The notes under the pieces were generated by a model that was not told the origin of the DNA, did not search any database, and was given only the letters and a program-made list of their open reading frames with translations. A stretch of 64,000 nt of DNA. It comes from an uncultured Bacilli bacterium (lineage in GTDB: Bacteria; Bacillota; Bacilli; Bacillales; Amphibacillaceae). The first letter of the stretch is position 1. The number at the start of each line of letters is the position of its first letter. A program made the position numbers and the translations under genes. The stretch lies in NCBI GenBank assembly GCA_963766835.1, contig CAVYBX010000004.1:3633-67632 (forward strand), in the 5' to 3' direction. Shown one piece after another: positions 59,673 to 64,000 of the stretch.

Positions 59673-60982
59673 TTATTGTATCACATTCGTCTTATGACGA
59701 TGATGTAAGGTGTTTAGTATTTCCGTCTGTAACGCTTTATCTTCGAGTGCTTCAATTTTTTCGATCGGATAATACAATTTATGATCTTCGCGCGTTTTTC
59801 CAGAAATGGCATCAACGATAATCGAGTGAGTCGACAATTCTTTTTCTTCTCCTGATGGCATTTGTAAATAGATCGGAACCCTGCCTCCACCAGAACGGTA
59901 GACGTCGTATGGTAAATCTTTCGAAGAGTCGATAACTAAATAATAGTCAGGGTCGATATTCGCTTCTAAAAATAATTGTCGTAAATGCTCGTATTGTTGC
60001 TCCTGTTCTTCGGGATCGTATTCGACATATTTAAACAATTTCCGCTCCATAAATCGCGTACATAAATCGCTTAAAATTTCGTCTTTTTCTGATTGCCATC
60101 GTTGAAAATAAAAATTGATGACCGACTCATCAAGTTGCAAATAATCCTTTAATTTGACATCTCCTTTAAATAAAGACGTTAGCAACGTCGGTTCCATCTT
60201 AAACTGATAATTATTTTGATATAAATATTTTGTGCGGTGGAATATTTTCGTTAAAATAACTTCTGCACTCCGTGTCACCGGATGGAAGTATACTTGCCAA
60301 TACATTTGATAACGTGACATGATATAATCTTCCACAGCGTGCATCCCTGTCGATTTAATGACGATTTGATCCTTCGTCGGACGCATGACGCGTAAAATTC
60401 TTTCCATATCGAATTGTCCGTAGCTTACTCCTGTATAATATGCATCACGTAATAAATAATCCATTCGATCGGCATCGATTTGGCTTGATATAAGGCTAAT
60501 GACTAATTTATCTTCATACGTTTTATCGATGACTTTTGCCACTCGTTCTGGAAAATCTGACTGACACGTCTCAATACTCGATTTACTTCCGTATCTTCTA
60601 AAATGATTCGTTTCGTAAAATCTTCATGGTCCAGTCCAAATACTTTTTCAAAAGAATGCGAAAACGGTCCATGTCCAATATCGTGAAGTAATGCTGCACA
60701 TAAAGTAACGAGTCGTTCTTCTTTATTCCAAGCTGGTCGATTTTTAATTTTTTGAATAATTCTCCGAACGATTTCATATACGCCTAACGAATGATTAAAT
60801 CGGCTATGTTCCGCTCCATGGAACGTTAAATACGTCGTCCCGAGCTGTTTAATTCTCCTTAAACGTTGAAATTCCGGAGTGGCGATTAAATCCCAAATGA
60901 CTTGGTCTTTTACTCGTACGTAACGATGAACAGGATCTTTGAACACTTTTACTTCCAATAATTTTTTATTTTTATAAGACAT
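59673..60982 (-). CDS. ywfO: HD-domain dNTP triphosphohydrolase-like protein, frameshifted near 60555
   Basis: FQRLRRIKQLG, HSRFNHSLG, LLHDIGHGPFSH, DADRMDYLLRD. Confidence 0.9.
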
Positions 60983-61073
60983 TGGACCAGCCCTTTCTTT
61001 TCATCCTATCCATTTCCTATTATATAATAGTTTTGTACTTATCTAAACTTATCATTCTAAAGGAGTTCGACTT

Positions 61074-61937
61074 GTGAAAACTTTACAATCATTACTTACT
61101 AGACAAACTTTACGCTTTTTTAACCATACAAAACGAAAAATCATATTTGATCGACCTAACGATCCTTTCGCGTCGTTTGCGATCGATGATGCGATCGCGA
61201 CGACTGTAGGAGAAAATTTATCCCCGCCGACGATTCGTTTATGGATTCACGATAAGACGTTAGTGCTCGGAATACCTGATTCACGTTTACCTCATATGGA
61301 TCGTGGAATCGAATATATGAAAAGTTTAGGTTACGACGTGATCATTCGTAATTCTGGTGGACTTGCTGTCTTGTTAGATAAAGGGGTACTCAATATGTCG
61401 CTCATTTTGCCGAATAAAAACGAACTTTCGATTCACGACGGCTATGAGTTGATGTATCATTTCATCCAATACCTTTTTAAAGAGTATACAACAAATATAA
61501 AAGCTTATGAAATTAAAGGCTCTTACTGTCCTGGCGATTATGACTTGAGCATCAATGGAATAAAATTTGCTGGGATTTCACAACGGCGAGTACGCGATGG
61601 CGTTGCCGTCCAAATTTATATCGACATCGAAGGCAGTAGTAAATCACGCGCAGCCATCGTAAAACAGTTTTACGATTTAAGTATTGGGGATGAAAAGACG
61701 AAATACGATTATCCGGACGTCAACCCTAACGTCATGGGAACGATTAACGAATTGCTTTCAATCAATATGACAGCCGATTCATTCATTCAACATATTTTCA
61801 ATGTAATTAGTGATCACGGAAAGAAAAAAATCGATACTGAACTGCTGCCGGTTGAAAGAGAAATATTTATCAAACGACTTGAGCAAATGGAAAAACGGAA
61901 TGAAAAAATAACGAAATTTTTAAAAGAAAAAATATAA
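61074..61937 (+). CDS. lipL: octanoyl/lipoyl amidotransferase
   Basis: SFAIDD, RNSGGLAV, GSYCPGDYD catalytic Cys, KFAGISQRR. Confidence 0.9.
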   Translation: MKTLQSLLTRQTLRFFNHTKRKIIFDRPNDPFASFAIDDAIATTVGENLSPPTIRLWIHDKTLVLGIPDSRLPHMDRGIEYMKSLGYDVIIRNSGGLAVLLDKGVLNMSLILPNKNELSIHDGYELMYHFIQYLFKEYTTNIKAYEIKGSYCPGDYDLSINGIKFAGISQRRVRDGVAVQIYIDIEGSSKSRAAIVKQFYDLSIGDEKTKYDYPDVNPNVMGTINELLSINMTADSFIQHIFNVISDHGKKKIDTELLPVEREIFIKRLEQMEKRNEKITKFLKEKI

Positions 61938-61941
61938 AAAA

Positions 61942-61963
61942 GCTGTCGACATCACTCGACAGC
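61942..61963. terminator. terminator between convergent lipL and pta
   Basis: GCTGTCGA...TCGACAGC inverted repeat. Confidence 0.6.
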
Positions 61964-61971
61964 CACACTTT

Positions 61972-62946
61972 CTACTCTGCTTGCGCCGCTGTAATAAGCG
62001 CTAATTTATAAGCATCTTCTTCACTACAACCTCTCGAAAGGTCATTCACCGGTTTATTTAAACCTTGTAAAATCGGACCTACCGCTTCAAAACCAGCTAA
62101 ACGCTCCGTCATTTTATAACCGATATTGCCCGCTTCTAAACTAGGGAAAATAAAGACAGTCGCATCCCCTTTAATCACAGAATCTGGAGCTTTTTTCGCC
62201 GCAACACTCGGTACGAACGCCGCATCAAACTGGAACTCTCCGTCGATTAAAAGATCGGGGTCTTTTTCTTTTGCAAGTTTCACCGCTTCGATCACTCGTT
62301 CTGTCTCTTCTGATTTTGCAGAACCTTTCGTAGAGAAGCTTAACATCGCAACGCGTGGTTCAATATCGAATAACTGCGCTGTTTTTGCACTTTCGACAGC
62401 AATTTCCGCCAAATCTTCACTCGTCGGCGCAATGTTGATCGCACAGTCGGCAAAGACATATTTTTCGTCATCGCGAACCATGACGAATACGCCAGAAGTT
62501 TTTTGTACTCCTTCTTTCGTCTTAATAATTTGTAATGCTGGACGGACTGTATCAGAAGTAGAATGAGCCGCACCGCTTACAAGACCATCTGCTTCACCCA
62601 TATATACTAACATCGTTCCGAAATAATTTTCGTCTTGTAACATATCGTACGCTTCTTCTTTTTTCACTTTTCCGTTTCTTCTCTCAACGAACTGATCAAC
62701 CATTTCATCCATTTTCGCATAATTTGCCGGATCTAGTAATTCACAATTAGAAATGTTTACATTTAATTTTTCCGCTAAATCGTTTACATCTTTCTCATTG
62801 CCAATTAAAATCGGCTTTACTAACTCATCTTCTGCTAATCTACTAGCCGCTTTCAAAATTCGTTCATCCGTCGGTTCAGGAAAAACGATTTTCTTCAACT
62901 CTTTTTTCCGTAAATTCTCCTTTAAACCTTCAAACAAATCACTCAT
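61972..62946 (-). CDS. pta: phosphate acetyltransferase
   Basis: IVFPE, FADCAIN, DGEFQFDAA, GNIGYK, NDLSRGC. Confidence 0.96.
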   Translation of the reverse strand: MSDLFEGLKENLRKKELKKIVFPEPTDERILKAASRLAEDELVKPILIGNEKDVNDLAEKLNVNISNCELLDPANYAKMDEMVDQFVERRNGKVKKEEAYDMLQDENYFGTMLVYMGEADGLVSGAAHSTSDTVRPALQIIKTKEGVQKTSGVFVMVRDDEKYVFADCAINIAPTSEDLAEIAVESAKTAQLFDIEPRVAMLSFSTKGSAKSEETERVIEAVKLAKEKDPDLLIDGEFQFDAAFVPSVAAKKAPDSVIKGDATVFIFPSLEAGNIGYKMTERLAGFEAVGPILQGLNKPVNDLSRGCSEEDAYKLALITAAQAE

Positions 62947-63141
62947 AAATATTCCCCCTCTTTTTCTTTTTATCAATTATTTTTTCTTATAGAGTGAATT
63001 ATTAGACAAATCTTTTTACAATAATACTATACACTAACATTCAAGAATTCTTTGTGACATTATTTCCAAATGTCGAATTTCCTGTTTAAATTGTGGTATA
63101 GTAAGGGTGTTGATATCAATTGAAATGGAGGAATTTTTGCC

Positions 63142-63891
63142 ATGGTTGAAGCGGTGAAAACATTTGATGGCTGGTATAGTTTACACGATTTACGTTCCAT
63201 CGATTGGACGAGTTGGAAATATGCAAAAGAAGAAGAGCGTCAAGAGGCAATTGAAGAATTCACTGAATTATTGACGAAATGGGAAGCAGTAGAAGAAGAA
63301 AAGAAAGGTAGCCATGCTTTTTACAAAGTCGTCGGCCAAAAAGCTGACTTTATGTTTATGTTCTTACGCCCGACAATGGAAGAATTAACTGACATTGAAA
63401 CGGAAATAAATAAATCAAAAATGGGCGATTTTTTAATCCCTGCACATTCGTATGTATCTGTCGTTGAAATTTCACGTTATCGACCGGAAAAACCAGACGA
63501 GGATCCAGAACAAAACCCATACATTCAAAGACGTTTATACCCGATCTTACCGAAATGGGATTATATGTCATTCTATCCGATGAACAGAAGAAGAATCGGC
63601 GATGAAAACTGGTATACATTACCATTTGAAAACCGTGCTAAATTATTACAAGAACACGCTAATACAGGAAAGCAGTATGCCGGTAAAGTCCAACAAGTCG
63701 TCACTGGTTCGATCGGTTTTGACGAATGGGAGTGGGGCGTTACATTATTTGCCCACGACGTATTAGATTTAAAGAAAATCGTCTATGAAATGCGCTTCGA
63801 TGAAGTAAGCTCACGTTATGGAGAATTTGGAGATTTCTTCGTCGGTGTGAAGATGACGAAAGAAGCATTACCAGACTATTTAAAAGTTTAA
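63142..63891 (+). CDS. hemQ: coproheme decarboxylase
   Basis: [42 protein letters not shown]; divergent from pta. Confidence 0.93.
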   Translation: MVEAVKTFDGWYSLHDLRSIDWTSWKYAKEEERQEAIEEFTELLTKWEAVEEEKKGSHAFYKVVGQKADFMFMFLRPTMEELTDIETEINKSKMGDFLIPAHSYVSVVEISRYRPEKPDEDPEQNPYIQRRLYPILPKWDYMSFYPMNRRRIGDENWYTLPFENRAKLLQEHANTGKQYAGKVQQVVTGSIGFDEWEWGVTLFAHDVLDLKKIVYEMRFDEVSSRYGEFGDFFVGVKMTKEALPDYLKV

Positions 63892-63911
63892 TGGATATTA
63901 AAAAAATATTT

Positions 63912-63960
63912 ATCGTTCCCTTTTACATATTTTTGCGTTGAAAAAGGGAACGATTTTTTT
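63912..63960 (+). terminator. terminator after hemQ
   Basis: ATCGTTCCCTTTT...AAAAGGGAACGAT followed by T tract. Confidence 0.8.
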
Positions 63961-64000
63961 GTTATGTCAATATGCGTCAGTTTCATCATGACGATATCGA

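Overview
Low-GC Bacillaceae chromosome segment (gene content and order resemble Virgibacillus/Oceanobacillus relatives; endospore former). Bases 1-25 kb hold a CotY/CotZ coat gene, an esterase, a YtrA-type GntR/ABC operon with three operator palindromes, exoA, a nucleobase permease, a YhcQ-like gene, ltaS, a T-box-controlled ilvBN-ilvC-leuABCD-threonine dehydratase operon, ilvE and modABC. Bases 25-64 kb are the conserved Bacillus block from upp to hemQ (glyA, rpiB, tsaC, spoIIR, prmC, prfA, rho, glpX, murAB, fsa, fba, pyrG, rpoE, the fadF-icmF acyl-CoA cluster, argS, pbpG, pta). About 20 genes, including argS, pyrG and glyA, are split by small indels, which is best read as long-read assembly error, worst at about 43.0-45.4 kb. 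Main observations: (1) a 293-nt internally deleted group IIC intron that keeps both ends and sits just after a terminator; (2) a candidate independent structured sRNA divergent from the cot gene; (3) no spo0F between pyrG and fba; (4) sporulation promoters embedded in RBS-sequestering hairpins at mntP and spoIIR; (5) an ilv-leu T-box that appears to read Ile (AUC) and controls a threonine dehydratase lacking the feedback domain. All calls are from reading the sequence; no searches or folding were run.
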